DNA of 64,000 nt from Candidatus Anderseniibacteriota bacterium (lineage in GTDB: Bacteria; Patescibacteriota; Andersenbacteria; UBA10190): the NCBI GenBank assembly GCA_016197005.1, contig JACPWO010000002.1, positions 8,483 through 72,482 on the forward strand, given 5' to 3'. Below, in pieces: positions 38,179-48,232 of this stretch. Under the pieces are notes generated by a model that did no database searches, had not been told where the DNA came from, and worked only from the letters and a program-made list of their open reading frames with translations. Both the position numbers and the translations under genes were made by a program. The first letter of the stretch is position 1. Each line of letters opens with the position of its first letter.

Positions 38179-38601
38179 ATGGCTGAATTAAAAACGAAGC
38201 GTACTAATCAAAGCGCCAAGGATTTTTTGAATACCATTGAACCTGAAGAAAAGAAGAAAGACGGCTTAGCTCTTCTTGCTCTGTTTCAAAAAGTTACTGG
38301 TGAGAAAGCTGTCATGTGGGGATCAAGTATTGTTGGGTTTGGTATGTATCACTACAAGTCAGAGAGGAGTTCACAAGAAGGAGACTGGCCGTTAGTTGGG
38401 TTCTCACCGCGGAAACAAAATCTCACGCTCTACATAATGCATGGCAATAAACAGAGTGATTCACTGTTTAAAAAACTAGGCAAACATAAGACGAGTCTCG
38501 GGTGTTTGTATATCAAGAAACTGGCTGGTGTCGATCAAGCAGCTCTGGAATCACTGATTAAAAAATCTTTTCAGTACATGAAAAAGACGACAAAGAAGTA
38601 G
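38179..38601 (+). CDS. DUF1801 (YdhG-like) protein
   Basis: MWGSSIVGFG.YHY...GFSPRKQNLTLY...LGKHK....CLYIKKL. Confidence 0.92.
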   Translation: MAELKTKRTNQSAKDFLNTIEPEEKKKDGLALLALFQKVTGEKAVMWGSSIVGFGMYHYKSERSSQEGDWPLVGFSPRKQNLTLYIMHGNKQSDSLFKKLGKHKTSLGCLYIKKLAGVDQAALESLIKKSFQYMKKTTKK

Positions 38602-38751
38602 TCAACTTCTTTTGTTGCAAATTCTAAATATTCCGAAGCGTCTTTATAGTAGTCGTGAGGCGAGAATAAAAAGTTTGTTTTTTGTTCTCTCTTGAAATAC
38701 ATTTATTGCGGTAGCAAGTACCTTCACAACTCCAACTGAGAGGACGAAGAC

Positions 38752-39474
38752 ATGTCAAATCAGAATGAAGTGACGGCGCAATCAAATTTCTCCGACTTGA
38801 ATCGGAACTCGTACCCCGGCCGGGGTATTGTGGTAGGACTTGATCAGGCTGCAAACGTGATCCAGGTGTACTGGATCATGGGTCGCAGCCCCGACAGCAG
38901 GAATCGTGTTTTCAAGTCTGATGAAACCGGCCGGCTCTATACCGAAGCGGTCGATGCGACGAAGGTGAAAGATCCTGCTCTGATTATCTACAACGCAATG
39001 CGCGACCAAGGTCAGTACCACATTGTGAGCAACGGGAACCAAACAGATACAGTGGCTGAGTTTGAGATTCCATTTGATCTCAGCACGGCCTTGAGAAATC
39101 GTGTGTATGAACCGGATCCAAGCTTTACTCCGCGCATTACAGCTGTCAGTTCAAGTCGAAGAAGTTCGGTGAAGATGTCCATACTGCGGAAATCAGTATT
39201 TGATGACAGCTGTGATCGCCTGACGTATGAGCTCACGCCCTCTCCTGGGTTCGGATACTGTATTACCACCTACGCCGGTGATGGTAATCCACTACCTTCG
39301 TTCTGCGGCGATCCTCTGATTATGCCGCTTCGTGGCGGGTCGCGGGATATCCTGGATACGTACTGGCAGGCACTGAACGAAGAAAATCGGGTGTCACTGG
39401 CAGTAAAACTCGTTGATCGGGAGAATGATTCTTCGCATATCTACATCATCAACAAGTACACGCAGATCGGGTGA
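38752..39474 (+). CDS. IMP cyclohydrolase-like protein (PurO-type Ntn fold)
   Basis: YPGRGI...YWIMGRS..SRNR...IIYN...SNGNQTD...YEPD...TPRI. Confidence 0.88.
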   Translation: MSNQNEVTAQSNFSDLNRNSYPGRGIVVGLDQAANVIQVYWIMGRSPDSRNRVFKSDETGRLYTEAVDATKVKDPALIIYNAMRDQGQYHIVSNGNQTDTVAEFEIPFDLSTALRNRVYEPDPSFTPRITAVSSSRRSSVKMSILRKSVFDDSCDRLTYELTPSPGFGYCITTYAGDGNPLPSFCGDPLIMPLRGGSRDILDTYWQALNEENRVSLAVKLVDRENDSSHIYIINKYTQIG

Positions 39475-39563
39475 GTCGCATCCCGTCCGAACGAATGTTG
39501 TTGGGCCGCTTGGTATCATCCAGCGGCCTTTTCTTTTTTAACTAAAACCGTAAGGTAGGGGAT

Positions 39564-40160
39564 ATGAGAAAAATTATCGTTCTTACGTTCTTGTCTCTCG
39601 ACGGTGTCATGCAGGCACCCGGGGGACCAGAGGAGGATACCTCTGGTGGGTTCAAATACGGCGGGTGGACTGTCCCATACATGGACGAATTTTCTAGTAA
39701 GGTTATGGAAGAACAAATGAGTCGGCCATTTGATCTTCTCCTGGGTAAAAAGACGTATGAAATATTCGCCGCCTACTGGCCCCATCATGAGGAGAGTTGG
39801 CCCGGTATCAATAGTGTGAAAAAGTATGTGGTCTCGGACGAAGCAATAGGGCTTCCTTGGGAAAATTCTGTGCTCATCCAGCACGATGTAGTCGAAGAAA
39901 TTAAAAAGCTGAAAAGAGAAAACGGGAAAGAGGTGCACGTGTATGGCAGTGGTAATCTTGTTCAGACGCTTCTCAAACATGACCTCGTTGACGAGTTGTG
40001 GCTAAAAATATTTCCTATCACGCTCGGCACGGGCAAACGGCTATTTGCTGAAGGCACCATTCCCGCTGCCTTTACATTGTCCAAAAGCGAAACATCGCCG
40101 AAGGGAGTTATTTTTGCTAATTATCAGCGTGCCGGCAGTGTTGAAACTGGATCGTTTTAA
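39564..40160 (+). CDS. Dihydrofolate reductase / RibD C-terminal family protein
   Basis: SLDGVMQAPGG..ED, LLLGKKTYE, GSGNLVQTL...LVDE...LGTGKRLF. Confidence 0.92.
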   Translation: MRKIIVLTFLSLDGVMQAPGGPEEDTSGGFKYGGWTVPYMDEFSSKVMEEQMSRPFDLLLGKKTYEIFAAYWPHHEESWPGINSVKKYVVSDEAIGLPWENSVLIQHDVVEEIKKLKRENGKEVHVYGSGNLVQTLLKHDLVDELWLKIFPITLGTGKRLFAEGTIPAAFTLSKSETSPKGVIFANYQRAGSVETGSF

Positions 40161-40233
40161 TGTGAGTTTGTAAGACTAGGCTGGCGAGAAAATATTGCTG
40201 ATCCAGCAAAAACGAATGGTACGTTCTCGCTCA

Positions 40234-41691
40234 CTACCATTCGACATTCTGTAGTAACCTCAAGCCTCGTACACGAGATATGTTTGCCGACTGCCAGTGC
40301 GCGCTGTTCCTCTCAAGTGTATCTTTTTCCGCTTGAAGCAATCCTCGTAAAACCTCTTTATCTTCACCTTCCACTTGTGTATATAGTTCAATTTTTGAGG
40401 GCAGCGCATCTGCCGAGAGCTCTCGTATATACGAAACATCAACCTTTCCGGTGCGATTATACTGCTGCATATTAGACCTACTAATAAACGCGTCAGGGTT
40501 TACAAGGTTTACGGCTATCAAGAAAGCTGCGACCGATAGGAGTGCACCAAACGCGAAAAACTCCTCTTGTTTTCGTCTAATGAATTTAACAGCGAGCAGG
40601 ACAAACAATACCAGCAGTAACATAATGAATCCGGCAACATAAAAACGCAGAATAGTCATGCCGTATGCATCAATATATAAAGACAGTCGCTTGAAGGCAG
40701 AAACAATGATGACGGCGACTTCACCAATGAGAGTAAGAGAGGGTATGAGAAACTGGCTGTCTCTTGTTGATTCGCTGCCTGAATACTTCTCGGAAGCCAG
40801 CAGCACGAGAAGTGACAGCACGGCTACTGCTAGCAATTCCCAGAAACCCCGGCGGGCATACTCCGCATATGTAAATCCGGCGTTAATAATATTTGCCTCT
40901 CCACCAAACAAGTACGTAATTTGGAAGCCAATGAATAGTAAAAACAGAGCTGAAATAAGCCCCAAAAAAACGAGTACCTCTGTTTCTCGACCATCCTTCT
41001 TCGTTTTTAATTGCGTGCGGACTGTTGGCTGAGCTGCTGCAGTGAAAAATATATACGAAAGAAAACATAAGGCTGCCACAAAGGCAACAGCTAATAATAC
41101 TGTGTACTGGATTGTACGCTCTGAAATTTGTATATCGATAAAACCGTTCACGAACTGGGAAAAGGCCAAATCTGCTTGGGAAAAGAGCAGTCCAAATATT
41201 GCCAGGGCTGGCACGGCCATCAGTGCACCTTTAACAATACGTAACCACATGTCGCGATGTTTTACCTGACTGCGGGCTTGACCAACTAAAGACACAACGG
41301 ACAACGCTTTCCCTAACATTCGAAACGGTACCAGAGCTACCAGGGTAAAATAGTCCATGAACTTCAGTAAGAACGATGGCGTGCCAACGAGTTGCTGGGC
41401 CAGTAACATGAGAAGGCCAAATGTCGCGCACACATTTAAAAGGGTAAGAAGCGGATTTGCTCGTACGGCTGGCATGAGGGCGAAGAAGGCAATGAGTGCA
41501 ACCAACCACCAACTTTTTTGAAAGGATACCTGCTGACGGAGTCCAAATAAGCATACGGTTCCCACAAGAGCACCTACGAACAGTAATACCGAAATTCCAA
41601 TCAGCTTGTCGAAGAACAAGTAATTGAAACCAATAGCAAGTCCCAAGCTGATGAGAATGAGGTGTAATGCCTTGAGAAACTTCTGATCCAT
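40234..41691 (-). CDS. DUF4153/DUF4173 membrane protein
   Basis: Multi-TM; YAEYARRGFWEL, RLSLYIDAYGMT..R, LSADA. Confidence 0.9.
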   Translation of the reverse strand: MDQKFLKALHLILISLGLAIGFNYLFFDKLIGISVLLFVGALVGTVCLFGLRQQVSFQKSWWLVALIAFFALMPAVRANPLLTLLNVCATFGLLMLLAQQLVGTPSFLLKFMDYFTLVALVPFRMLGKALSVVSLVGQARSQVKHRDMWLRIVKGALMAVPALAIFGLLFSQADLAFSQFVNGFIDIQISERTIQYTVLLAVAFVAALCFLSYIFFTAAAQPTVRTQLKTKKDGRETEVLVFLGLISALFLLFIGFQITYLFGGEANIINAGFTYAEYARRGFWELLAVAVLSLLVLLASEKYSGSESTRDSQFLIPSLTLIGEVAVIIVSAFKRLSLYIDAYGMTILRFYVAGFIMLLLVLFVLLAVKFIRRKQEEFFAFGALLSVAAFLIAVNLVNPDAFISRSNMQQYNRTGKVDVSYIRELSADALPSKIELYTQVEGEDKEVLRGLLQAEKDTLERNSAHWQSANISRVRGLRLLQNVEW

Positions 41692-41699
41692 ACTGGTGG

Positions 41700-41903
41700 T
41701 TAATCTTTATATTCGAGAATGTCTCCTGGCTGACATTCCAAGGCTTTACAGATTGCTTCGAGTGTTGACAGTCGAACTGCTCGTGCCTTTCCATTTTTTA
41801 ATATCGAAAGGTTGGCCATTGTTATTCCAACTTTCTCTGTGAGTTCGGTGACACTCATTTTCCGCTTTGCCAGCATTACATCAATATTAATTATAATCGC
41901 CAT
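41700..41903 (-). CDS. Cro/C1-type HTH regulator (YozG-like)
   Basis: LAKRKMSVTEL...ANLSILKNGKARAVR..TL..IC.AL.CQPGDIL. Confidence 0.93.
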   Translation of the reverse strand: MAIIINIDVMLAKRKMSVTELTEKVGITMANLSILKNGKARAVRLSTLEAICKALECQPGDILEYKD

Positions 41904-41912
41904 AGGAGTGTC

Positions 41913-42377
41913 TTAGACCGTTAAATCGTTTTCGGATTTTATCTCGATAACGTTTTGCAGTAGCGCTTGAAGAACTGCCGCGAAGATGGCAATCACAAAT
42001 GAAGCAAAAATAATGACTAATCCGATTGCGACGGCACCTGGAGCATCGTCTCTATCCGCTGCGTAAATTATGAGTGGCATACCTGCTACATACAAAGCAC
42101 TGATTATCAGTGCGCAATATTTTATATTCTTTAGTGCCTTTACAGATAAAGGTGAAAAAGCTTTATTTTTGTCGATGTATTTTAATAGATTCAGAGCCTG
42201 ATACAGGGCAACAAAAAACGGTATCGCCGGTAGATACATGCCTAATAGAATGGGGCGATAGTATCCCGTCTTATCGGAGCTAATCCCGGCAGGTAATACA
42301 AAAATACACAATGCCAGGACTCCTATTCCGATAGCAAAAATTACTCCCCTTAAAAACATTGTTGACCCTCGTTTCAT
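41913..42377 (-). CDS. DUF2975 membrane protein
   Basis: AFSPLSVKALKNIKYCA...DDAPG...KSENDLTV. Confidence 0.93.
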   Translation of the reverse strand: MKRGSTMFLRGVIFAIGIGVLALCIFVLPAGISSDKTGYYRPILLGMYLPAIPFFVALYQALNLLKYIDKNKAFSPLSVKALKNIKYCALIISALYVAGMPLIIYAADRDDAPGAVAIGLVIIFASFVIAIFAAVLQALLQNVIEIKSENDLTV

Positions 42378-42416
42378 AAGCAGTAGTTTAGTTAGTTATT
42401 TATAAGTACATGGTAA

Positions 42417-42461
42417 TTTATGGTTTATCGTTTGTCAATATATTTTTATCGATAAACGAAT
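42417..42461 (-). promoter_or_regulatory. Putative operator of the DUF2975-HTH operon
   Basis: Repeated TTTATCG half-sites including palindrome TTTATCGATAAA. Confidence 0.45.
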
Positions 42462-42524
42462 CTATCCTGTTGTTAGCTTTTTGGGTAGAAACCCTATGGG
42501 TTGTTTCTAGTATAGAATAATGAG

Positions 42525-42686
42525 ATGAAGAATGATCGTATTAAAATCGAAAACCACACCTTCAGCGGAGCTATCTGGGGGATCGGTTGGCTGTTTACCA
42601 TTGGCTTTCTCCACCTCTCCTTTTGGAACGGTGTACTTGCCATCATGATTTGGCCATATCTGCTAGGGTTACATTTCGCGGGTTGA
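42525..42686 (+). CDS. Small membrane protein (53 aa, absent from ORF track)
   Basis: MKNDRIKIENHTFSGAIWGIGWLFTIGFLHLSFWNGVLAIMIWPYLLGLHFAG. Confidence 0.75.
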   Translation: MKNDRIKIENHTFSGAIWGIGWLFTIGFLHLSFWNGVLAIMIWPYLLGLHFAG

Positions 42687-42791
42687 GCTTGGTTAGCACA
42701 GTTTCGTCTACATTGACTTACTACGATGCAGGCGTAGTATGGCTGGAAGGTTAAAATTGCGTGTTCTCTTGAAAGTGAAAGCGAGGAAAAC

Positions 42792-43310
42792 ATGCGAATT
42801 CTACGCAGAATCGGACTTGCTTTGCAGAGGTGGCAAGCGATCTTCTATGTTTATTTTGGACGCAGGTACATATGCGGATGCGGTCATACTGCCAAGTGGA
42901 AAACCGTTCTGACCATCCATGGCCATAGTGGTGTGTACGCTCCGCAGAGTAAGAAACCTGATTGGTGTCCTGAGTGTTGGGCAAAGGCAGCGATCAAATG
43001 TGCTTGGTGCGGAAACACAATACTACCTGGTGATGCGATCACGCTCTACATCCCAACGAAGGAAGATTTTCAAATCCCTGAGCACGCAGTGGTGTACAAA
43101 CGTGAACCCCAGGTGCAGCTTGTTGGCTGTTTAGGTTGGGATTGTGCTATGAGTGGAGCGGATCGAGCTGGTTTCTGGGTCATGCCAGGTAAAGTGCAGC
43201 GTGTGATGTCCCCGATGGAGAAGCTCATGGCAAACGGTGGTTTAGAAGTAGTTGTTGAAAATGATCTCACTGACCCCGCACAAGCAATTCCGATTCCTGA
43301 TGAGATATAA
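42792..43310 (+). CDS. Cys-rich hypothetical protein (probable Zn binding)
   Basis: CGCGH, CPEC, CAWC, C....C motifs; terminator follows. Confidence 0.65.
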   Translation: MRILRRIGLALQRWQAIFYVYFGRRYICGCGHTAKWKTVLTIHGHSGVYAPQSKKPDWCPECWAKAAIKCAWCGNTILPGDAITLYIPTKEDFQIPEHAVVYKREPQVQLVGCLGWDCAMSGADRAGFWVMPGKVQRVMSPMEKLMANGGLEVVVENDLTDPAQAIPIPDEI

Positions 43311-43453
43311 GGGTAATTCAGTGCTAGCGACAAACCCTGATTGGCTATAGGCCTATCGGGGATTTTTTTAGGTTTCAAATAAGTGTAAAGTCTACCCGTA
43401 GAGTTAAATATTTTACGGTGGCAGACTTGCTGGGATTAGGTAATAATTGGTAA

Positions 43454-44248
43454 ATGATTAAAGTTCATAATCTGACAAAGAAATTTGGTAAACTTGTTGC
43501 CGTAAACGACATTTCTTTCAACGTAAACAAAGGCGAGATATTTGCCTTCTTGGGCCCTAATGGTGCTGGTAAGTCCACCACTATTAAAATACTGACGACC
43601 TTACTCCATCCCACCAGCGGTACCGTCACTTTAGATGGTCATGATGCAGTCCATCATCCTGACGAAGTGCGCCGCTCATTTGGTATTGTATTTCAGGATC
43701 CAAGTGTCGACGATGAACTAACTGCCTGGGAAAATATGGAATTTCATGGCGTGTTATATGGTATGCCAACAAAAGTGCGAAGAGAGCGGATTGATCAACT
43801 GCTGACATTTGTTGAATTGTCGGATCGTAAGGATAGTTTAGTTAAAGAATTTTCTGGAGGGATGAAGCGGAGGCTGGAAATTGCTCGAGGATTGCTTCAT
43901 CATCCAAAAGTAATTTTCCTTGATGAGCCAACACTTGGTCTTGATCCGCAAACGAGAAACCACATGTGGAGTTACCTAAAAAATCTTAACCAGCAAGAAG
44001 GAACAACCGTTTTCTTTACAACTCACTACATGGAAGAAGCTGATCGAGTAGCAGACAAAGTGGCTGTAATTGATCACGGTAAAATTGTCGCTCAAGGGAC
44101 AACGGATGAAATAAAGCAGCAAGCCGGGGTGGATAATTTGGAAGAGGCTTTTATTAAACTTACCGGCCACGCCATTCGGACAGAAGAAGTGGGGGCGGTA
44201 GACCGTCTGCGGGCGCAAAGCCAAATGTGGCGAGGGAGGAGAAAATAA
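43454..44248 (+). CDS. DrrA-like ABC exporter ATP-binding subunit
   Basis: GPNGAGKS, FSGGMKRRLEIARG, LDEPT, TTHYMEEA. Confidence 0.93.
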   Translation: MIKVHNLTKKFGKLVAVNDISFNVNKGEIFAFLGPNGAGKSTTIKILTTLLHPTSGTVTLDGHDAVHHPDEVRRSFGIVFQDPSVDDELTAWENMEFHGVLYGMPTKVRRERIDQLLTFVELSDRKDSLVKEFSGGMKRRLEIARGLLHHPKVIFLDEPTLGLDPQTRNHMWSYLKNLNQQEGTTVFFTTHYMEEADRVADKVAVIDHGKIVAQGTTDEIKQQAGVDNLEEAFIKLTGHAIRTEEVGAVDRLRAQSQMWRGRRK

Positions 44249-44250
44249 CT

Positions 44251-45003
44251 ATGAGACTCGAAGTACTCTATATTTTGTGGTTGCGTCAGTTGAAGCGATA
44301 TATTCGCTCACGGGCACGCATTATCGGCTCTCTCGGCCAGCCAATCCTTTTCCTCGTTGCTCTTGGTTTCGGCTTTGGCCCTATTTTTGAGCAGGCTGGT
44401 GGTGGTAACTACATCCAGTTTTTAGCGCCCGGCGTAATTGCAATGAGCATTCTTTTTACAGCAATGTTTTCCGGTATTGAGGTTATCTGGGATAGGCAGT
44501 TTGGGTTCTTAAAAGAAACATTAGTGGCCCCCGTTTCACGTTTAGATATCATGATTGGCCGTACGCTGGGCGGAGCGACTGTTTCTGTCATTCAAGGAAT
44601 TATTGTCTTAGGTATTACGTTGATAGTTGGATTTCGACCAACTCATCTTCTACTGCTGCCAGTAAGCTTAGGTTTTATGATCTTAATTGGTGTCTTTTTT
44701 ACGGCGCTCGGTACGGCTATTGCCTCTAAGTTACAAGACATGCAGGGGTTCCAACTTATTATGAACTTTTTGATTATGCCAACCTTCTTCTTATCTGGCG
44801 CACTCTTTCCACTCGAAGGGTTACCGGGAGCACTGTCTATTATTACAAAGCTCAATCCACTGGCATACGGAGTTGATGGGCTGCGGGGTACTCTTATTAA
44901 TCAATCACATCTAGGGATATCTACTGATTTTATTGTGATGGGTGTTCTTACGGCTATCGTTCTGTGGATTGGTACTTATCTTTTCTCAAAAATTGAGGCG
45001 TAA
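44251..45003 (+). CDS. ABC-2 type permease
   Basis: DRQFGFLKETLVAPVSR, FLSGALFP, NPLAYGVD. Confidence 0.93.
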   Translation: MRLEVLYILWLRQLKRYIRSRARIIGSLGQPILFLVALGFGFGPIFEQAGGGNYIQFLAPGVIAMSILFTAMFSGIEVIWDRQFGFLKETLVAPVSRLDIMIGRTLGGATVSVIQGIIVLGITLIVGFRPTHLLLLPVSLGFMILIGVFFTALGTAIASKLQDMQGFQLIMNFLIMPTFFLSGALFPLEGLPGALSIITKLNPLAYGVDGLRGTLINQSHLGISTDFIVMGVLTAIVLWIGTYLFSKIEA

Positions 45004-45064
45004 GAATAGGTCGTACTAGTAAAAAAATTCCTCCTACTTTAATGAATGGGAGTATAGTTAAGCA

Positions 45065-46102
45065 ATGAAATTTTATCTGCGATATATCACTGCCCTCGTA
45101 TTTCTTCTGGCAGCTGCTTACTACATTCCTTCAGTCGCTACGGCCCACGAAGTGTATGTGCTTGACCATAATGAGATTAGTGAAGGTCTGTCTGCTCCTC
45201 GTTCGGATTTTGTCCAAACGGTACAAAACCATCTCTCGCAGTTCATTATCTCAGGTTTAGTAGCTGTTCTTCTCGTACTGGGCGTGTATGGTATCTCTCA
45301 TATCACATTTATCGAAAAAACATTTGATCCATTTTTATATAGAATGAAACGCTTTGCCCCTCACATAACCCAAGGCACGCTTGGGTTGGCACTTGTGAGT
45401 GGTGGGTTTTTCCAAGCTGCCTTTGGCCCTGAACTCCCACTGTCGGATATCTTTGGCTCAGCTGCTGGGGTGTTTCAGTACATCTATATCATTCTTGGTG
45501 CTTGTATTTTATTTGGCATATATCCGCGTATTGCTAGTACGGTGACATTCTTTCTGTTGCTTCCTCTGATAGTTGTCTACAAAACATACATATTGAATTA
45601 CGGCACCTATTTCGGAGAAGCATTAGCGCTCGCATTGTTTGGTGGCGGGTATGCTCTGGTGAAAGCAAAAACACCGGCTTTTGAAAAAAATATTGAGCGC
45701 CATGTACATAAATATAAGTTTTTGTTACTTCGAATTGCCTTCGGTACCTCTCTTCTGTATGCCTCGGCGTATGCAAAATATATTCACGGTGGTTTAGCGA
45801 TCCTGACCGTTACAAGATACCACCTTACTCAGTACATTCCCTTTGACGCTGACTTCGTGGTGCTCGGTGCGTTCATTACGGAGCTGCTCATTGGCCTCTT
45901 CTTTCTCATTGGATTTGAGATACGATTTACTTCACTCCTTTTCTTATTCTTTCTTACGCTGTCCATTTTGTTCTTCGGCGAGGCGGTCTGGCCACATATT
46001 ATTCTCATCGGAACATCACTCGCAATGTTCACTCATGGCTATGACCGATATACAGTAGTGGCGAAAATTTCTCAGCGCAAAGACCTTGAACCAGTATTAT
46101 AG
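45065..46102 (+). CDS. DoxX-like membrane protein
   Basis: AHEVYV after signal peptide; duplicated TM blocks; LLRIAFG...K; EAVWPH. Confidence 0.7.
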   Translation: MKFYLRYITALVFLLAAAYYIPSVATAHEVYVLDHNEISEGLSAPRSDFVQTVQNHLSQFIISGLVAVLLVLGVYGISHITFIEKTFDPFLYRMKRFAPHITQGTLGLALVSGGFFQAAFGPELPLSDIFGSAAGVFQYIYIILGACILFGIYPRIASTVTFFLLLPLIVVYKTYILNYGTYFGEALALALFGGGYALVKAKTPAFEKNIERHVHKYKFLLLRIAFGTSLLYASAYAKYIHGGLAILTVTRYHLTQYIPFDADFVVLGAFITELLIGLFFLIGFEIRFTSLLFLFFLTLSILFFGEAVWPHIILIGTSLAMFTHGYDRYTVVAKISQRKDLEPVL

Positions 46103-46410
46103 GGAGTGGTGGCGATAATATACTAGGCAGCTCGACGAAAATATCCAGCTATCTTTTGTCCGCCCTTACGGATGTATGCACCAATCCAAATTTGCTTGCG
46201 ACTGCCGGTTTTGGGGCGCCGAGTAGTATCGCTGCCTGAGAATTTATGACTGTGTGATCGCTTTGCTCGTTTGTGCCAGACGCCAGCGTGAGCGATAGAT
46301 ACTAATAAGTACTTGACTGGGGTGTGGGGCGTGGGAAGAGGAAGAATATTTCCGAGAGTTACTAGGTTTCATTACCGGTAATCATACTTCACAATCTGTT
46401 GAAACTCCCC

Positions 46411-46629
46411 TTAAAGTCCGAGTTGGCCGGTGAGTGAAGTGACGTACGTGTTAAGGAAGAAGGGGATCGCAAATACGAGGCCAATAAGAGGAAGTACAAA
46501 AGCGATAATGGATAGAATGAGAGTCCACAAGAATAGCTTGCGAGTTTTTTCAGTGCTGACATATATTTTTTCGAGCATCTCTTGAGTATTCTGTGCTGGT
46601 GCTACGTTGGGGTTGTTAGTATCAGTCAT
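46411..46629 (-). CDS. Small membrane protein
   Basis: IYVSTEKTRKLFLWT followed by TM. Confidence 0.7.
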   Translation of the reverse strand: MTDTNNPNVAPAQNTQEMLEKIYVSTEKTRKLFLWTLILSIIAFVLPLIGLVFAIPFFLNTYVTSLTGQLGL

Positions 46630-46708
46630 CAGTAATTAGTGTACATCATTCGGAAAAAATATCCTGAAAGGGGTAGCGACCCCCTCCTATTATTGGTAGG
46701 GTAAAAGT

Positions 46709-47137
46709 ATGCACCAAGAGTTAGTGGCAAAGGCATCCATTGTCATTCAAGCTCCTCTATCTGAAGTATGGAATGCTCTTATAACCCCGGAGAAGATAAA
46801 ACAGTATATGTTCGGTACCAATGTTGTTTCCGACTGGAAAGAAGGGAGTTCAATTGTATGGAAAGGCGAATGGGAAGGGAAATCGTACGAAGATAAAGGA
46901 AAAGTCTTGAAAATAGAACCAAAGAGATTGCTCCAATATAGCCACATAAGTCCGATTGCGGGGGAGAAGGATTCACCGGAAAATTATCATACAGTAACCA
47001 TTGAGCTTTCTGGCGACGAAGCAGAAACAACTATTTCTCTTTCTCAAGATAACAATAAAACCGAAGAGGCTCGTGAGCATTCCGAAAAGAACTGGCATGG
47101 GATGCTTAAGGGAATGAAGAAGTTACTCGAGAAATAA
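46709..47137 (+). CDS. SRPBCC/AHSA1 family protein
   Basis: IQAPLSEVWNAL..PE.IKQYMFG...NW..ML..MK.LLE. Confidence 0.9.
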   Translation: MHQELVAKASIVIQAPLSEVWNALITPEKIKQYMFGTNVVSDWKEGSSIVWKGEWEGKSYEDKGKVLKIEPKRLLQYSHISPIAGEKDSPENYHTVTIELSGDEAETTISLSQDNNKTEEAREHSEKNWHGMLKGMKKLLEK

Positions 47138-47160
47138 TTTTTAATTATTAACTAAACCAT

Positions 47161-47574
47161 ATGAAAATGAATCCTGTAGTCCATTTTGAAATGCCATACG
47201 CCGATGGTCAGCGCATGGCAGATTTTTATACCGAAGCATTTGGTTGGAAGGCACAAATGCTCGGGCCTGAAATGGGCAGTTATGTCGTCGTTGAAACTTC
47301 AGAAACGGATGAGAAAACAAAATTCCCTAAGGAGCCGGGAAGAATCAATGGTGGTTTTTTCAAGAAGACGAAAGAAACCACTCAATACCCATCGGTGGTA
47401 ATTGGAGTGGAAGACATTAGAAAAGCAATGAAAAAAGTTGAAGAAGCGGGTGGCAAAGTACTCGGCGGCCAAAAGCCTGGAGAACCTGACGATATTCCGG
47501 GTATTGGGTTATATGTGTCGTTTATAGATACTGAAGGTAATAAGATCGGCATGTTACAGCCGACAGGAATGTAA
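47161..47574 (+). CDS. VOC family protein
   Basis: PVVHFEMP...FY...FGW...INGG...DTEGN.IGMLQ. Confidence 0.92.
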   Translation: MKMNPVVHFEMPYADGQRMADFYTEAFGWKAQMLGPEMGSYVVVETSETDEKTKFPKEPGRINGGFFKKTKETTQYPSVVIGVEDIRKAMKKVEEAGGKVLGGQKPGEPDDIPGIGLYVSFIDTEGNKIGMLQPTGM

Positions 47575-47634
47575 GTTAACCTGTTTTGCATAAGGCGAAA
47601 TAAAAAAACCGACTCGAGAACTTCGAATCGGCCG

Positions 47635-48084
47635 CTAGTATGTCTGATCTCCGAGAAGAACATGCACAAAGTCATTGCAGGGGTTAGGATCTTGGCATTT
47701 TACAAATCCATTTCCTTGCCAGAATGATTCGTTCTCGCCGCTGACTTGCGTGGCACGCATTTCGCCTAGGCCATTATCTGTTGCCCATGCAAGGAGTGTT
47801 TGTATTGCCTGACTGCCAAAGCCCTTACCACACTGACTTTTTGGCAATGTTGTCATATTGGTGATGACTACGTCCGAATCCGTCTGATGATCCTTTAGAA
47901 GGAAAATAACAGTTACAATAGCGCCTTCAAAGGCGAACTGGATGGAGTAAGAAAGCTCTGCTATTACAGAGCTTTCTTCAGGTTCAACAGTTGCGCCATA
48001 TTCTGTAAGGCGTTGGGCAAGTGCATTCATTTCTAACCTCACTGTCTTAATGTATTCAGCCCACCTTCTAATATCTTTAGCCAT
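47635..48084 (-). CDS. GNAT family acetyltransferase
   Basis: P...GKGFGS acetyl-CoA motif, FW..NGF; real start likely MAKDIRR at 48084. Confidence 0.75.
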   Translation of the reverse strand: MAKDIRRWAEYIKTVRLEMNALAQRLTEYGATVEPEESSVIAELSYSIQFAFEGAIVTVIFLLKDHQTDSDVVITNMTTLPKSQCGKGFGSQAIQTLLAWATDNGLGEMRATQVSGENESFWQGNGFVKCQDPNPCNDFVHVLLGDQTY

Positions 48085-48232
48085 GGAACGTATTCCTTTT
48101 GGAAAGAGCTGCTTGTCGACTTGACCCACCATATTGAGAGGTTTGAAGACTCTAGTCAATTCTACTAAGGCAAGCCCTCTATCTACTCCTTGACCAACGA
48201 TGATCTTAAATGGTCTATTGGTTGTTACGTCT

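Noticed and set aside
38602-38751. ZTP riboswitch upstream of the IMP cyclohydrolase
   Set aside because: Conserved GACUGGCG / CGCCUGGG elements not found.
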